Shown one piece after another: positions 18,601 to 28,260 of a stretch of DNA of 52,805 bases; position 1 is the first letter of the stretch; every line of letters starts with the position of its first letter. Both the position numbers and the translations under genes were made by a program. Origin of the DNA: a virus (Duplodnaviria; Caudoviricetes); the IMG/VR virus record IMGVR_UViG_3300034375_013195, positions 1-52,805 of that record. The stretch is one strand, 5' to 3'. The notes under the pieces were generated by a model. The model was not told the origin of the DNA, searched no databases, and saw only the letters and a list, made by a program, of their open reading frames with translations.

Positions 18601-19584
18601 TTCAATTGCATCTTCCCCAGCCTTCTCATAAGCCTTAAAAAGGGCTGTTGTTGCCTCTGATATTTCCCCAGCTTCCTGATTGAAAGCAGAGGCTGTTGCA
18701 GTTGTTGTTGCTGTCAGTTCTGTAAGGGCCTGCCCCTGTTCCCCTGAAAATTGCCTTACCTTCTCCCTTGTCTTATCAAGTTCAAGCCCGTAATTAGCAA
18801 CAGCAGCCCCAGCAGCAGCAATTCCTGCAACCCCAACAACAGCAAGCCCCCCTGCCCCCAGGGCTTTGAGTTGCCTGAAGGTATCTTTGAGCCCAGAAAG
18901 GGAGGAAGTAAACCTGCCAACAGGCCCAGGCATTTCATTGAAAGCCTGAACAATAGAATTTTTATAATTGCCTACGTTGCGGCTAAAAACCTGAATTCCC
19001 TGTTCTGCCTCATTGAGTTCATCAGTAATATCATTGATCTTCTTTTCTAAAAGATCAAAATCTTCCTGAGTGCCATCAATGCTTATTCTGAATTCAGACC
19101 ATTGCTTTTTAAGCCTTGAAAGTTCAACCCTTTGTTCTGATATGCTGCCAGGAACAGCCTGAAGTTCTTTTTGGGTAAGGTTGATTTCAGATCTGAGGCC
19201 CTTCAGATTGGATTCTGCAAGCTGAAGTTCTTCTGAATACTTATCAGCAGAAGCCCTTGCTTCTTTTTGCTTATCTGTAAGCTGGGCATATTCAGCAACA
19301 AGCCTTCCAATTTCCTGCCTGTTGCTTGCTTCATCCTTCCTTAATTGTGTAATTGCTGCCTTCAGCTTTGCTTTCTGGGCAATCAATTCCCTTTCAGCCT
19401 TCAGGGATTCCTGAAGCTGCTTCTTTGCAACCTTCCTTGCTTCTGTAAGCTTCTCCCTTGTCTGAATAAGCTGTTGCAGCCTCTTTTGCGATGCCTGGGA
19501 TCTTACAGCAACATCAGCATCATCAACAACAATTTCAAATATTAATTTTTCATTTTCCATCTTACACAATCTTTGTAAGAACAA
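15655..19584 (-). CDS. Tail tape measure protein
   Basis: 1309 aa, coiled coils, RNVGNY motif, KEYPS/FSDKGID/DIFGGPGE minor-tail domain, FADGG-type C-terminus. The true start is probably MENEK at 19560. Confidence 0.92.
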   Translation of the reverse strand: MFLQRLCKMENEKLIFEIVVDDADVAVRSQASQKRLQQLIQTREKLTEARKVAKKQLQESLKAERELIAQKAKLKAAITQLRKDEASNRQEIGRLVAEYAQLTDKQKEARASADKYSEELQLAESNLKGLRSEINLTQKELQAVPGSISEQRVELSRLKKQWSEFRISIDGTQEDFDLLEKKINDITDELNEAEQGIQVFSRNVGNYKNSIVQAFNEMPGPVGRFTSSLSGLKDTFRQLKALGAGGLAVVGVAGIAAAGAAVANYGLELDKTREKVRQFSGEQGQALTELTATTTATASAFNQEAGEISEATTALFKAYEKAGEDAIESQSAAGDIIRKTFAAGGDAAGELLELYKEYPSRLQEIGLSADQAAALIAQQPKTGVFSDKGIDVIQESLFRIREFTPATIDALEGIGLSSSEIQKSLEEGSTTAFEVVQKVSSKLSELPPLSSEVGTAIADIFGGPGEEAGLNYLTSLQNINLNLDELVENAGGAASANLRIAEATERINTQFLQLFEGSSNTFKELKASALEFAADGLEKIISGVVSLINYFIDLYNESALVRGAFEALGAIGKTVFTGLSAIIQNFFSIFKDIGKVVGAVLKGEFRSIPDIIKEGADERRQRAAEAGKEIAESWGNAFRNTVKREKVGLISLGADEVSEAEAKYKEAGKNLGKAFNEGFDSEQQGGGKATKKIEVDAVQNVSFSEISSAAIDLEQLAKDNNERLTQQKEYLTERLEQQKLFLEKERAEIELAEDLTAEERVQRATEVENQIRETRKQILELKLADLEEGSSEALEVELELIAIRKEAKDEEFASDKARIDESKKLEQERARLTQIGLRAVQNSTQGIIEAFGEQSAAGRAAIAVQKVAAAAEVGINLRSQISSAITAGAKISIKNPIAGAVYQAATIAAYTLQAGTLLAEIAGFNLGGLTDEEGSPLVINEKGEIKPASLTYEGRSVRKKKSFADGGKENAPTFALIGEKGPEYVVPAPVLKSPEGAELVGQLEEMRKKKVRAFESGGLTAPAASSIPISSPRVNKVYQRLLKVERSLQQQLQVQDMDSTRLQILQGLQESIQLTKQAVEGMEGRESSEALTSLQQASESIENISREVTAVTDSRVAELSFAAFASRDASSVEKATARNSPRFPQGIEGNESESFALRDASSVERESFFIDSLLAADPEARTIIESLKEATVQASMPEGIVSSPTIAPLSDSYVIPGALLTDPEAQKIIKTIEQIKDSAAPVDSTVIPFADGGFAGAVSGSTSVPIQVDSGTEVDNISEALASARFVVSVQDIIEETAFVVQVENDAAL

Positions 19585-21586
19585 CCCTTGTAAAATCCTT
19601 TGCTCTAAATTGTTTTATCTGCTTGATTACCCAATAAAATCCCTGTAAATAAATAGGAACAATATCTTCAGCAGTTTTCTGATATTGCTCAATAACCTGG
19701 GAAACATCTGCTGCTGTAAGCTTCAGGTAAACTTCAATTTCAACAAAGTCTGAAAGGCTTTCCTTCAGTTCTTTCCAATATCGGGCTTCAAGGTCATTAT
19801 CCCAGGCAAGGCCCCCATTTGTAGCAGATGCAGATTCAAGGGCAAAATTAGCAACATAAGGGGTAATTACAGGGCCTGTTGCCCCCCCTGAAGGGGCATC
19901 TGTTAAAGTTATGCTGAAGCCTACATCTAAGGGATCAAGGATCAGCAGCCTGGGTTCCAATTCAACAGGCTTCAAATCTTCATCATATTTATCCAAAAAA
20001 GCGGAAACTTTGCCAGAAATAAGCCTTGATTCAGTTGCTGCAAAAACATTTGATGCAATATCCCCTGATTTATCAAGGGCTTCATTTTCAAGGGAGAAGG
20101 AACCATTCCCCAGGCCCTTCAAAACAGTTTCATCTTCAACCCATTCAAACCTTGATTCTTGAAAGAAGCCTGAAGGCCTTGTTTCCTTGCTGATATACCA
20201 AAAAGGTTGCCCTTCCTTTCTTACAAGCTTTGAATTCCAATCTATTGCCTGCCCCTTCCTTTTTACAATCTCTGAAAAAGGTTTCATTGTCCATCTTTTA
20301 CTAATAGGATCTGCAACAATATAAGAAGCTGTAATTGTTCCCAGGGTTCTCAGGAATTCAGATTGCTTGATTTCAGGAAGCTGATTTGCTACATCAACCC
20401 AACCTTCAGGGAAGATTTCTTCTTCAACTGATTGGGTATAAAACAAAGCATCTTCAATTGTTGCATCAACTTCAACTTCATCCCCTAAGGCAAGGGATTC
20501 AATTGCTGAAACAAAAGCAACCTGAATATCTTCCCCTTGAGAAGCCTGAACTTCAACTTCAATTTTATAGGTTCCCAAAGGCAGGGAGGCCCCTACCCCT
20601 ATCTGTTCTGAAGCTATTATTGCCCCATCTTTCAAGATGGCAATATAATGAACTGCTGAAGGGGGGTCTGCTGGGGGATTGTCAACAATTGAATAAGAAA
20701 AAGAAGCAACCCTGAATTCTGCATGATACAAGATCTTTGAAGCATTCGGTTCCTCAAAACCTGATGCAGAATAATTTGGGTTGCTTGTTGCCTCTGAAGC
20801 AATATCAATTGCTTGAATTTCATTGACATTTTCAAGGCTTCCTGAAGTATTTTCATAATCGAAATTTACAACAGTAATTATTCCCCCTGAATTTGCCCTG
20901 AAGGTATGTTCTTCAATGTAAGCTTCTCCATTCTTGAAAAGCTTATTAGTAAAAGGAATTATAAGATTTGTGAAAAAGGAATCAGCCCAGGCATTTGCTG
21001 CTGTATCAATTTGAAACCCCTGATCCTGAAGCATTAGGTTCAGCAAGTCATAAGCATACCATGAAGGGAACATAAAGTTATAATTCCATTCCCCCCCAGC
21101 AGCCAAAACAAGCTTGTAATTAATTGCAGCATAAAGGGGGGCATTATCCCCAGCAGCAGAAGCTGAATATTCTTCAACTTCTTCCATGTTCCAAAAATGA
21201 TTAAAGGCAGCAAGGCCTGAGATCTGAGGAAGCTTCAGGGTTTTTAGGACCTTAAATAAGGCTGATTCCCCAGAAAAAACAGTTGCTTGAATTTCATCTG
21301 TAATATCTTCAATCCTGAGAACCCCAGAAGGCACAATCTGAAAGCCTTGAATTTCATAAGAGCAAGGAAGAAGCTTGTAACAGGATTTTTCTTCTGAAGC
21401 AATTGCTTCAGGGTTCCCCAGCTTTTGAAGGTTCTGGGGGGTTGCTGGGATCTTCAGCTTACTTGAATAGTTAGATCTTTGAACAGTAACATCTGAAATA
21501 TCAATTCCATTGATTGTATATCCCCCAGGCTTCTGGGGATCAAGATCTATTTCAAAGCCATTTACAAACAATCTATCTTGCATCAA
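19562..21586 (-). CDS. Tail tip / hub protein
   Basis: RSNYS..LKIPATPQN and NQLPEIKQSEFL motifs; position in the tail module. Confidence 0.75.
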   Translation of the reverse strand: MMQDRLFVNGFEIDLDPQKPGGYTINGIDISDVTVQRSNYSSKLKIPATPQNLQKLGNPEAIASEEKSCYKLLPCSYEIQGFQIVPSGVLRIEDITDEIQATVFSGESALFKVLKTLKLPQISGLAAFNHFWNMEEVEEYSASAAGDNAPLYAAINYKLVLAAGGEWNYNFMFPSWYAYDLLNLMLQDQGFQIDTAANAWADSFFTNLIIPFTNKLFKNGEAYIEEHTFRANSGGIITVVNFDYENTSGSLENVNEIQAIDIASEATSNPNYSASGFEEPNASKILYHAEFRVASFSYSIVDNPPADPPSAVHYIAILKDGAIIASEQIGVGASLPLGTYKIEVEVQASQGEDIQVAFVSAIESLALGDEVEVDATIEDALFYTQSVEEEIFPEGWVDVANQLPEIKQSEFLRTLGTITASYIVADPISKRWTMKPFSEIVKRKGQAIDWNSKLVRKEGQPFWYISKETRPSGFFQESRFEWVEDETVLKGLGNGSFSLENEALDKSGDIASNVFAATESRLISGKVSAFLDKYDEDLKPVELEPRLLILDPLDVGFSITLTDAPSGGATGPVITPYVANFALESASATNGGLAWDNDLEARYWKELKESLSDFVEIEVYLKLTAADVSQVIEQYQKTAEDIVPIYLQGFYWVIKQIKQFRAKDFTRVVLTKIV

Positions 21587-22038
21587 ATGAACGGTTTTGG
21601 GGGTCTTTCAAAAGTAAGGGTAAAATCTGCAATAGGATGAAATTCAGCAACCTGAGATTCAACCCCTGTAATTATAATTTCAACATATTTGAAGCCCCCT
21701 GTATATCCTGAATCCTGGGTAATTTCCCAAACCTTTTCAGCGTGAATAAGGTAATTCAAAGCTTTTACTTCTTGATTTTCAAGGCCCTTTGCTGATACCT
21801 GAACAACCTCCTTGAATGAGCCCCTTGTTTTGGCGTAAATATTTGAAGCATCTTCATAATAATCAATTCCCTTCTTAAATACCTGGGGCTTCTCTGCTGC
21901 TGGGGTAAGAATAATTTCCCTGGGGAATACCCAGGAATCAAATCCCCCTTTTGAATTCTTCCATCTTATACAAACAGGGTTGCAGTTCTCAGGAAGCCTT
22001 GTATAAGATATTTCAATTTGATTGATGACTTCAGACAT
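21583..22038 (-). CDS. Distal-tail-like protein, C-terminal domain
   Basis: IRWKNSKGGFDSWVF motif. Confidence 0.65.
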   Translation of the reverse strand: MSEVINQIEISYTRLPENCNPVCIRWKNSKGGFDSWVFPREIILTPAAEKPQVFKKGIDYYEDASNIYAKTRGSFKEVVQVSAKGLENQEVKALNYLIHAEKVWEITQDSGYTGGFKYVEIIITGVESQVAEFHPIADFTLTFERPPKPFI

Positions 22039-22049
22039 AATTCAAAATA

Positions 22050-23783
22050 TTAAGAGCCTCCACCCCCTGTTGTATAATTGACTGTTACCCCATTACCTGA
22101 AAGGCCTGCAAGGGCAGCAGTTACTGAAGGATTAATCAGATTGGGGCCTGCATTACTGCCATTAATATGAATTACCCTTCCTGTATATCCTGAACCAATC
22201 ATCCTATTCAGATCAATGATATAAGCATTAACTTCAGATTGATTCATTCCATTATCTGAAAGATCAATTACTGCTGAATTCTGATCTGCAATATTTGGAA
22301 AGGCTGTTGCAAGGTTGATATAGCCCAGGCTATTATTGGAAAGATCAAAGCTTGAAAAGGAATTTTGGTTGTTATTGGGGAATTGAACAGCCCCTGTTCC
22401 CAGGTTGCAATTGGAAAGGTTCAGGATTCCCTGAAGGCTTGTCCATTTGCTAATATTTACAGCAGCAAGGGTTCCATTCCCTGAAAGGTCTAATTCTGTT
22501 ACTGTTCTATCATTCCCCCCTTCAAAGGTTGTAATCTGATTATTTGAAAGCCTGTAAATAGGACAATTTACAAGGTTGCTTGCATCAAATCTTCCTGAAA
22601 TAACATCATCAACAAAATCAATTGCTGTAATTACAGAAGGATCAAGGTTAACAATTTCAACAGTTTGTTCTGTTCCATCAAGGCCATTTCCTGAAGTGCT
22701 TATTGAATTACCATTCATTATTGAGAGATCTTCAAAAAACCAGGTTGCAATTCCTGAAGAAGTGCTTATTGCAGGGTCAAAGGTTCCTGAAATAGGGTCA
22801 TAAGAAGTAAGGAAAGAAAAGGTTGAAGATCCTGTAATTGCAAACAGAATTGAATCTGTATTCTGCTGCTTTCCTGAGGGAAAAACAGGAACCTTAATAA
22901 CCTCAGTAAGATCTGAAACAGAAATTGCAATATCTGATGAATTCAATTCTGTTTTATTAATATCATATTCTTCCCCAGAAGCAAACAGATTATCAATCAA
23001 CCCATTAGGTACATACATGAAAGAAAGGCTGAAAGGCCATCCTTCAAAGATCCTGGGCTTCTCAAAGTCTGTAAGGAAGGCCCCCTGCTGAAGGCCTGGG
23101 GTTGCCCCTGCAAAGCCCAATTCTTCCCCCATATTTGCCCCCCTAATTCTGAAGATAGGATCAGCAGCAACAGCAAAGAAGTTATTTGAATTGATTCTTA
23201 CAGGGCTTGTTGTTGTTGTAAGGTATGTTTCCCCAATCTTAAAGTAAAAGGGAACCATTACAGCAAGATCATTTGCAGAATCCGCAAAATCAAAGCTTTC
23301 AACAAGCTCAAAATCTCTGAGAAAAGCAGAAGCATCAAATCTTATTACCCCTTTTGAATCAGGGGATCTTGATTCTGCTGCTATCTTTGAATCATCTCTT
23401 GCAGACAAATATTCAATATCTGCTTCATAATTATAATAAACTTCAACAAGGTTGATAAACTGTTCTGAAGGGGTAATTGCCACATAAGGAAGATCAAGAA
23501 CAACAACTGTATAAGTTGTTACTGTTGCAGATAAGATTTCAACATTGCCTTCAACAACTGTTGAAGATTGAACAGCTTTAAAGTAAACCTTTTGCCCTGC
23601 CTGAAAAAGGCTTGTATCTGTTGTTGCAATTCTTATCTCAATATTGCCCCCATTATTAGCATAATTAGTTGTATCAAAATCTTTTCTTTGAAAGGTGAAA
23701 ATCATGGGGGCAAGGGCTGAATTATGCCTGCTTATTGCGGTTCCTGTAAGCAGGGCAGCAGGGGTTGAAAGTTCTTGTATCAT
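22050..23783 (-). CDS. Tail protein with C-terminal leucine-rich repeats
   Basis: Phage tail-like N-terminus (PDSKGVIRFDAS, FLTDFEKP); repeats LSNNQI, LDLSGN, LNLSNCNL, FDLSNNSL and IDLSDN. Confidence 0.75.
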   Translation of the reverse strand: MIQELSTPAALLTGTAISRHNSALAPMIFTFQRKDFDTTNYANNGGNIEIRIATTDTSLFQAGQKVYFKAVQSSTVVEGNVEILSATVTTYTVVVLDLPYVAITPSEQFINLVEVYYNYEADIEYLSARDDSKIAAESRSPDSKGVIRFDASAFLRDFELVESFDFADSANDLAVMVPFYFKIGETYLTTTTSPVRINSNNFFAVAADPIFRIRGANMGEELGFAGATPGLQQGAFLTDFEKPRIFEGWPFSLSFMYVPNGLIDNLFASGEEYDINKTELNSSDIAISVSDLTEVIKVPVFPSGKQQNTDSILFAITGSSTFSFLTSYDPISGTFDPAISTSSGIATWFFEDLSIMNGNSISTSGNGLDGTEQTVEIVNLDPSVITAIDFVDDVISGRFDASNLVNCPIYRLSNNQITTFEGGNDRTVTELDLSGNGTLAAVNISKWTSLQGILNLSNCNLGTGAVQFPNNNQNSFSSFDLSNNSLGYINLATAFPNIADQNSAVIDLSDNGMNQSEVNAYIIDLNRMIGSGYTGRVIHINGSNAGPNLINPSVTAALAGLSGNGVTVNYTTGGGGS

Positions 23784-24265
23784 GATAATCTTAATCCTTT
23801 TACAAATTCTGATTTCCAGGCCAAAGCAGCCCTTCTTGCAACTTCTGGTTTGTATTTCTTAATCATTTCATTGATGCTTTCCTGCAAGCCTACCTTCTGG
23901 GCTTCTCCCTTGAATAACAGGGTTCCTTCTTCATGAATCTTCCTTGAAATCAAGTAAGCAAGGGAATCCTTTGTTATATCAACAGGGATAATAGCTTTAT
24001 CATCAATCCAGGCCCTGATCCTATCTCTGAGGCTGATTCCCTGGGAGGCCCCTTCAGCCTTTGAAGGCCCTCTGCCATATTCTTGAAAAAAGAAATACCC
24101 TGCCCCATACAATCTAAAACCTTTTCCCCCAGGTAGGTATTCAATCCTAAGGGATTCAGCAGAAGCCCCTGAAGCCTTGATTCCTCTGCTTTTTTGCCTT
24201 TGAATAATCTTTTCCTGAAGATCTTCAGCCCAGGCTTTGAAGGTTTGTTGCTGATTCATGGGCAA
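23780..24265 (-). CDS. Neck / tail-completion protein (HK97 gp10-like)
   Basis: ASG.SAESL, EYGRGP and LAYLISRKIHEEGT motifs. Confidence 0.7.
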   Translation of the reverse strand: MPMNQQQTFKAWAEDLQEKIIQRQKSRGIKASGASAESLRIEYLPGGKGFRLYGAGYFFFQEYGRGPSKAEGASQGISLRDRIRAWIDDKAIIPVDITKDSLAYLISRKIHEEGTLLFKGEAQKVGLQESINEMIKKYKPEVARRAALAWKSEFVKGLRLS

Positions 24266-24693
24266 ACTGTTTTCCTGTAACTAAACAGCTTTGCTTCAAG
24301 ATAATAGCCATCTGTTACAGCATCAAAATTGTTTCCAACAGGCAGCAACTTGAATTGAATATCAGTGAACTTTTTCAGCCTCATTGAAAGCTTCTTTTCA
24401 AGCCTTGCAATAAATTCTTCAATCAATACTTCAAGGGCCTCCACTATTGGCAATTTCTCTGCTTCTGAATCCCCCAGGAAGTTTGAATTCTGAACAAAAA
24501 CCATTTGAATGAAGTGTTCAGTTTCAATTTCCCCAACCTGATTTTTCTTCTTTGTCATCAGAATGGGAAGCAGGCAGATTGCAGGCCATGTTTCAACATT
24601 ATCAAGATCAATATTCAGTTCATACTTCTCAGCATAAGAAAAAGTATTTGCTTTTGATAATTCGCTGCAAGCTGATTCAATTATTGATTTCAT
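24256..24693 (-). CDS. Putative tail terminator
   Basis: WPAICL motif, size and position. Confidence 0.55.
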   Translation of the reverse strand: MKSIIESACSELSKANTFSYAEKYELNIDLDNVETWPAICLLPILMTKKKNQVGEIETEHFIQMVFVQNSNFLGDSEAEKLPIVEALEVLIEEFIARLEKKLSMRLKKFTDIQFKLLPVGNNFDAVTDGYYLEAKLFSYRKTVCP

Positions 24694-24989
24694 TTTCTGT
24701 TTTTAAGTGAATCTTTCCATTCATTGAACTTCAATTCCTTATACTTTGCTTCAAATTCGTTTCTTCTCTGATTGAAGATTGCTTTCATGAAAACAACATC
24801 AATTGAAAGATTGAAGATTTCATCCCATTTAGTAACATCATTTTTGGCTAAATCATCAACAAGATTGATAATACCAAAAACTTTTAGCTTATCAGCCCCA
24901 GCCGCCTCAGCAATGGAATCCTTCTTTTTGTTTGTGTTGTATGCTTTAAGCCAATTTGTAAAAGCCTCAGAAACATTGACAAAAAAAAA
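24690..24989 (-). CDS. -1 frameshift extension of the tail assembly chaperone (gpGT-like)
   Basis: After the T9 run at 24981-24989 the -1 frame is open (FFVNVSEAF...FGIINLVDDLAKNDVTKWDEIF...NRK) and ends in an ATGA overlap with the next gene. Confidence 0.8.
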   Translation of the reverse strand, partial: FFFVNVSEAFTNWLKAYNTNKKKDSIAEAAGADKLKVFGIINLVDDLAKNDVTKWDEIFNLSIDVVFMKAIFNQRRNEFEAKYKELKFNEWKDSLKNRK

Positions 24990-25552
24990 CGCGCCAAAGG
25001 AATGCCTTCAGTTGCAGGAAGCTCCTTAATTGCTGGGATCAGATCCTTACTTGCTTCTTCATCAAAAATATCTTCATCAAAATCAGGCTGAACAAATATT
25101 GCAATAACCTCTGAAGCATAAGGAAGTAATTCTGCAAGCTTTCCTTCCTTCAAAAGATCCTGATCTGCCCAGGCCTTGAACTTCTGATTCATCGCTTCAA
25201 CTTGTGCAAGGCCATACTGCCCAGGCTTCTGCTTAATCTTAATCTTCTTCCCCTTCAATTCAATTTCCTTAGGGGGAGGAAGCTTCAGGAAGTTGGGGTT
25301 TTTTTCTGAATCATCCCAGAATCTTTGAACGATCTGAAGAACAGGGGCTGCTTCATCTAATGAAACCCCTTGCCAGAAGCCCAATTCTATGCCTGTTACC
25401 CCTGAAAGCAGTTGCCTGGGGTTCAGGGGGCCTTGAAGCATGAAGCCCTTCAGAGCTTCAAAAGAGCCCGTTGAAAGTTCCTCCCAGGTTTCAGGAACAG
25501 TAAACTTAATTGCAGCCTTTGTTTTCTTAGATCTAATTTTCAAATCTTTCAT
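24884..25552 (-). CDS. Tail assembly chaperone (gpG-like)
   Basis: VPETWEELS start; slippery T9 run near the end. Confidence 0.75.
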   Translation of the reverse strand: MKDLKIRSKKTKAAIKFTVPETWEELSTGSFEALKGFMLQGPLNPRQLLSGVTGIELGFWQGVSLDEAAPVLQIVQRFWDDSEKNPNFLKLPPPKEIELKGKKIKIKQKPGQYGLAQVEAMNQKFKAWADQDLLKEGKLAELLPYASEVIAIFVQPDFDEDIFDEEASKDLIPAIKELPATEGIPLARFFLSMFLRLLQIGLKHTTQTKRRIPLLRRLGLIS

Positions 25553-25557
25553 TTTGC

Positions 25558-26952
25558 TTATGTTGCTTTTGCTTTTATTCTGCCTGATGGCTTCAATTCA
25601 AAATACATTCGCATGTGAAAGGCATCAGATATATCAGGTGATCTTCCCAAAATCAGCTTCAACTGTTCCTTCCCAATCACTTGCTTCCTTTTGTCTGTTC
25701 CTGGGTATTTCTCCCTGATATTCCCAATTTCCTCCTTAGCATCTGCAAGAAGGCCTTCATCATTACAAGGCCAATATACCAAATTTTGTCTTATTTTTTC
25801 TGCCAGCAGATAGCAACATTGGGTTTTTAAATTGGCATAAAATTTATTTGCAGGAATGTTTTTCCCCTGGGGGGTTTCGACTGTTCCCAAAGCAGCCCCC
25901 CCATTAACAAAGGCCTGAACTTTCAGGGAATCAACAGGCCCTGCCCCTACCCCATCTGAGTCAACAACAACCCTTCTTCTAGGTATATTGAACTTATTCA
26001 TTAAGAACTTCAGCCTTCTTGAAAATTCATCTAAGGGGGCCTTCTTAATCTTTTCAAGATGGATTACCTGAAGGCCCTGCCAAACAACTATTATTGAAGC
26101 ATCCCTGCCAAATCTTGCAACATCTGCTGAAATGTATCTTGTTGCCTTTGAATATTTAACTTCAAGAAATTCATTTGTAAACATATCAGAAAGGGCTTCC
26201 TGATCTACAATTGCAGAAGGATCTGAAGCATAATCCCAGGAACCGTTTACCCTTCTTTCATATTCTGTTGGATTGACTGTTCTTAGCTGTTCAAGGTTTT
26301 CAAGATATGCCTTAGGCACAAAAGGATTATCAGTAATTTTAGCAGGAATATACAACCAATCTTCAGGAAGCCTTCCCTTCAAATATCTTTCATAAATCAA
26401 GGATCTTACCCAATTATTTGCTGGGTTCAAGGTGCAAATTATCAAAGGTTTGGGCTGCTCTGCATTCTCCCCAGGTATAAAATAAGATCCAACCCTTTCA
26501 ATACATTTTGAAAAACCTTGAAGGGAAAGTTCTTCAATCTGATCTAAGAAGAAGTAATTCACTTCTAAACCATCAAATCTTTGGAGCTCCTTATCCTTAT
26601 CAATATTTTCCCCAAAGAAGAAAGCTTCAGAATCAAGCTCTGCCCCATATTGTTTACAATCTGCCTTCCAAACATACCTTGAAGCATTAATCAGCTTCAT
26701 GAAGTTAGAAGGAAAAACCTTTTTACAGGTAGGAAGGGTATTATCAACAAGCCTTTTGAAGTTTGCCCTTACAATTGCAAGCCTGCTGCCTGGGTATCTT
26801 CTTAGAAGAATTGTCTTAACTGCAAGCCCGTTGAAAGACTTGCCCCCCCTGATTGCACCCCCGTAAAATATTATTTTATACTTACCTGAAAGGGCTGCTT
26901 CAAGCAGTTCAATTGCCTTAGGGAAATTTGACCAATCAACAACATTTGCCAT
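25558..26952 (-). CDS. terL: Terminase large subunit
   Basis: Walker A GGAIRGGKS, TLNP motif, nuclease motifs ADVARFGRD and RSPDISDA. Confidence 0.95.
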   Translation of the reverse strand: MANVVDWSNFPKAIELLEAALSGKYKIIFYGGAIRGGKSFNGLAVKTILLRRYPGSRLAIVRANFKRLVDNTLPTCKKVFPSNFMKLINASRYVWKADCKQYGAELDSEAFFFGENIDKDKELQRFDGLEVNYFFLDQIEELSLQGFSKCIERVGSYFIPGENAEQPKPLIICTLNPANNWVRSLIYERYLKGRLPEDWLYIPAKITDNPFVPKAYLENLEQLRTVNPTEYERRVNGSWDYASDPSAIVDQEALSDMFTNEFLEVKYSKATRYISADVARFGRDASIIVVWQGLQVIHLEKIKKAPLDEFSRRLKFLMNKFNIPRRRVVVDSDGVGAGPVDSLKVQAFVNGGAALGTVETPQGKNIPANKFYANLKTQCCYLLAEKIRQNLVYWPCNDEGLLADAKEEIGNIREKYPGTDKRKQVIGKEQLKLILGRSPDISDAFHMRMYFELKPSGRIKAKAT

Positions 26953-26955
26953 TGC

Positions 26956-27390
26956 TTAGAAGCTTAATTCAAGGCCCCCAGGAAGCTTAAAGGTTTGCCT
27001 TTCAAGCTGCTCCCCATTACTATCTATTTTTTCAATTACTGTTGCAGGCCTTCCTTCAGCCCTATCATAAATTTCTTTGATTGCTGAGAAGGCTGTTTTT
27101 GGGTCATCTCCTAAGGCCATCATTACAAGCCTTAGATTAATTGCTTCCTGAAGTCTTACCTTTTTCCCGTTGAATCTGTCTGGGAAGATCTGCTGAAGCC
27201 TTCTCAATACAGCATTAGTTGAAGCATCAATTTCTTCAGCAAGTACTGCCCTTAATATTGTTTTCAGGTTCTTAGAACCTGGGGGCCTACCTGCTGGGTT
27301 GCCTGATTCCCCAGGTTTGAATTGGGTTTCTTCTGGGGGCCTTTTGTAACCTACCTTTTTTTTCTTCTTGTTTTCTTCTTTGCTTTTCAT
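26956..27390 (-). CDS. terS: Terminase small subunit (DUF5681-like)
   Basis: QFKPGESGNPAGRP and DRAEGRP motifs; directly upstream of terL. Confidence 0.85.
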   Translation of the reverse strand: MKSKEENKKKKKVGYKRPPEETQFKPGESGNPAGRPPGSKNLKTILRAVLAEEIDASTNAVLRRLQQIFPDRFNGKKVRLQEAINLRLVMMALGDDPKTAFSAIKEIYDRAEGRPATVIEKIDSNGEQLERQTFKLPGGLELSF

Positions 27391-27448
27391 TAGAAACTAA
27401 TTATAATTTAATCCCTGTTTTATCCCTGTAAAATACACAATAAAAAAC

Positions 27449-27480
27449 AAAAAACCCCAGGCCTTGAAGCTGGGGTTTTC
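27449..27480 (-). terminator. Intrinsic terminator
   Basis: AAAACCCCAG...CTGGGGTTTT hairpin. Confidence 0.65.
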
Positions 27481-27513
27481 ACTCACTACCTTAACAATAT
27501 ACACCTAACAAGC

Positions 27514-27777
27514 CTATTCAGAAGGCCCCTTTTCTACTACCTTTATTTTTTTTGAAGCCCAAATTGAAGCAAAGGTTGCCCCAATAGAAAGCAAGATTGT
27601 AATCACATAAGCAGGGCTTCCCCAGGTAAACAAAGAACTTGCAATTGCAATTCCTGCCCCAATAAAGAAAAACCCCATCAGGCCCCAGGCAAACATTAGA
27701 GCAGCAGAGCCATATTCAGCAATCAAATCCCAAAGGGATTTTTCATCATTAAGATTCTTGAATTGTTGTTCGTTCAT
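27514..27777 (-). CDS. Two-TM membrane protein
   Basis: Two hydrophobic helices and a charged tail. Confidence 0.7.
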   Translation of the reverse strand: MNEQQFKNLNDEKSLWDLIAEYGSAALMFAWGLMGFFFIGAGIAIASSLFTWGSPAYVITILLSIGATFASIWASKKIKVVEKGPSE

Positions 27778-27793
27778 AATCTGTTGATTTGTA

Positions 27794-28249
27794 TTAAAAA
27801 TGCAATAATAATTCCAAATTTAAAACAATGTTAGGAATTAATTCATTTGGTTCTGTTTGTATCATCCAATAAGCAACCCCAACAATTCCTGCTGCCTTAA
27901 TCAGAATATTCATCTGCCAGCTACCCCCCAACCTATCAAAAGGGCTGTTGTTATCTTGCAAGCTGGGATCTTGCCAAAGCTGAGGCTTCCCAGCATAAAC
28001 AGGAAGCAGAATATCAAAGGAAGCCCAGAATATAAAGTTTTGAAAAAGGAATACCCTTGTTACCTCTGATAGATAACAAGGGCCTTGTTCCTTTAATGTT
28101 ACGTAAAATGCAGAAAATAAAAAGAATATGAAAAGCCTGATGATTGCCCAAGCTGTTTTTTCTTGTTTGCTTATCCAATCCCCTGCCTTCCATTTCTCCC
28201 CATGAATGAAAACTTGCAGAATCAAAAAAAATAATATGGGGAATATCAT
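27794..28249 (-). CDS. Multi-pass membrane protein
   Basis: About four hydrophobic segments. Confidence 0.7.
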   Translation of the reverse strand: MIFPILFFLILQVFIHGEKWKAGDWISKQEKTAWAIIRLFIFFLFSAFYVTLKEQGPCYLSEVTRVFLFQNFIFWASFDILLPVYAGKPQLWQDPSLQDNNSPFDRLGGSWQMNILIKAAGIVGVAYWMIQTEPNELIPNIVLNLELLLHF

Positions 28250-28260
28250 GCTGGGGAATG

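Noticed and set aside
16076-20715. Many plus-strand ORFs opposite the tail genes
   Set aside because: These are antisense shadows of long coding genes with biased codon usage.
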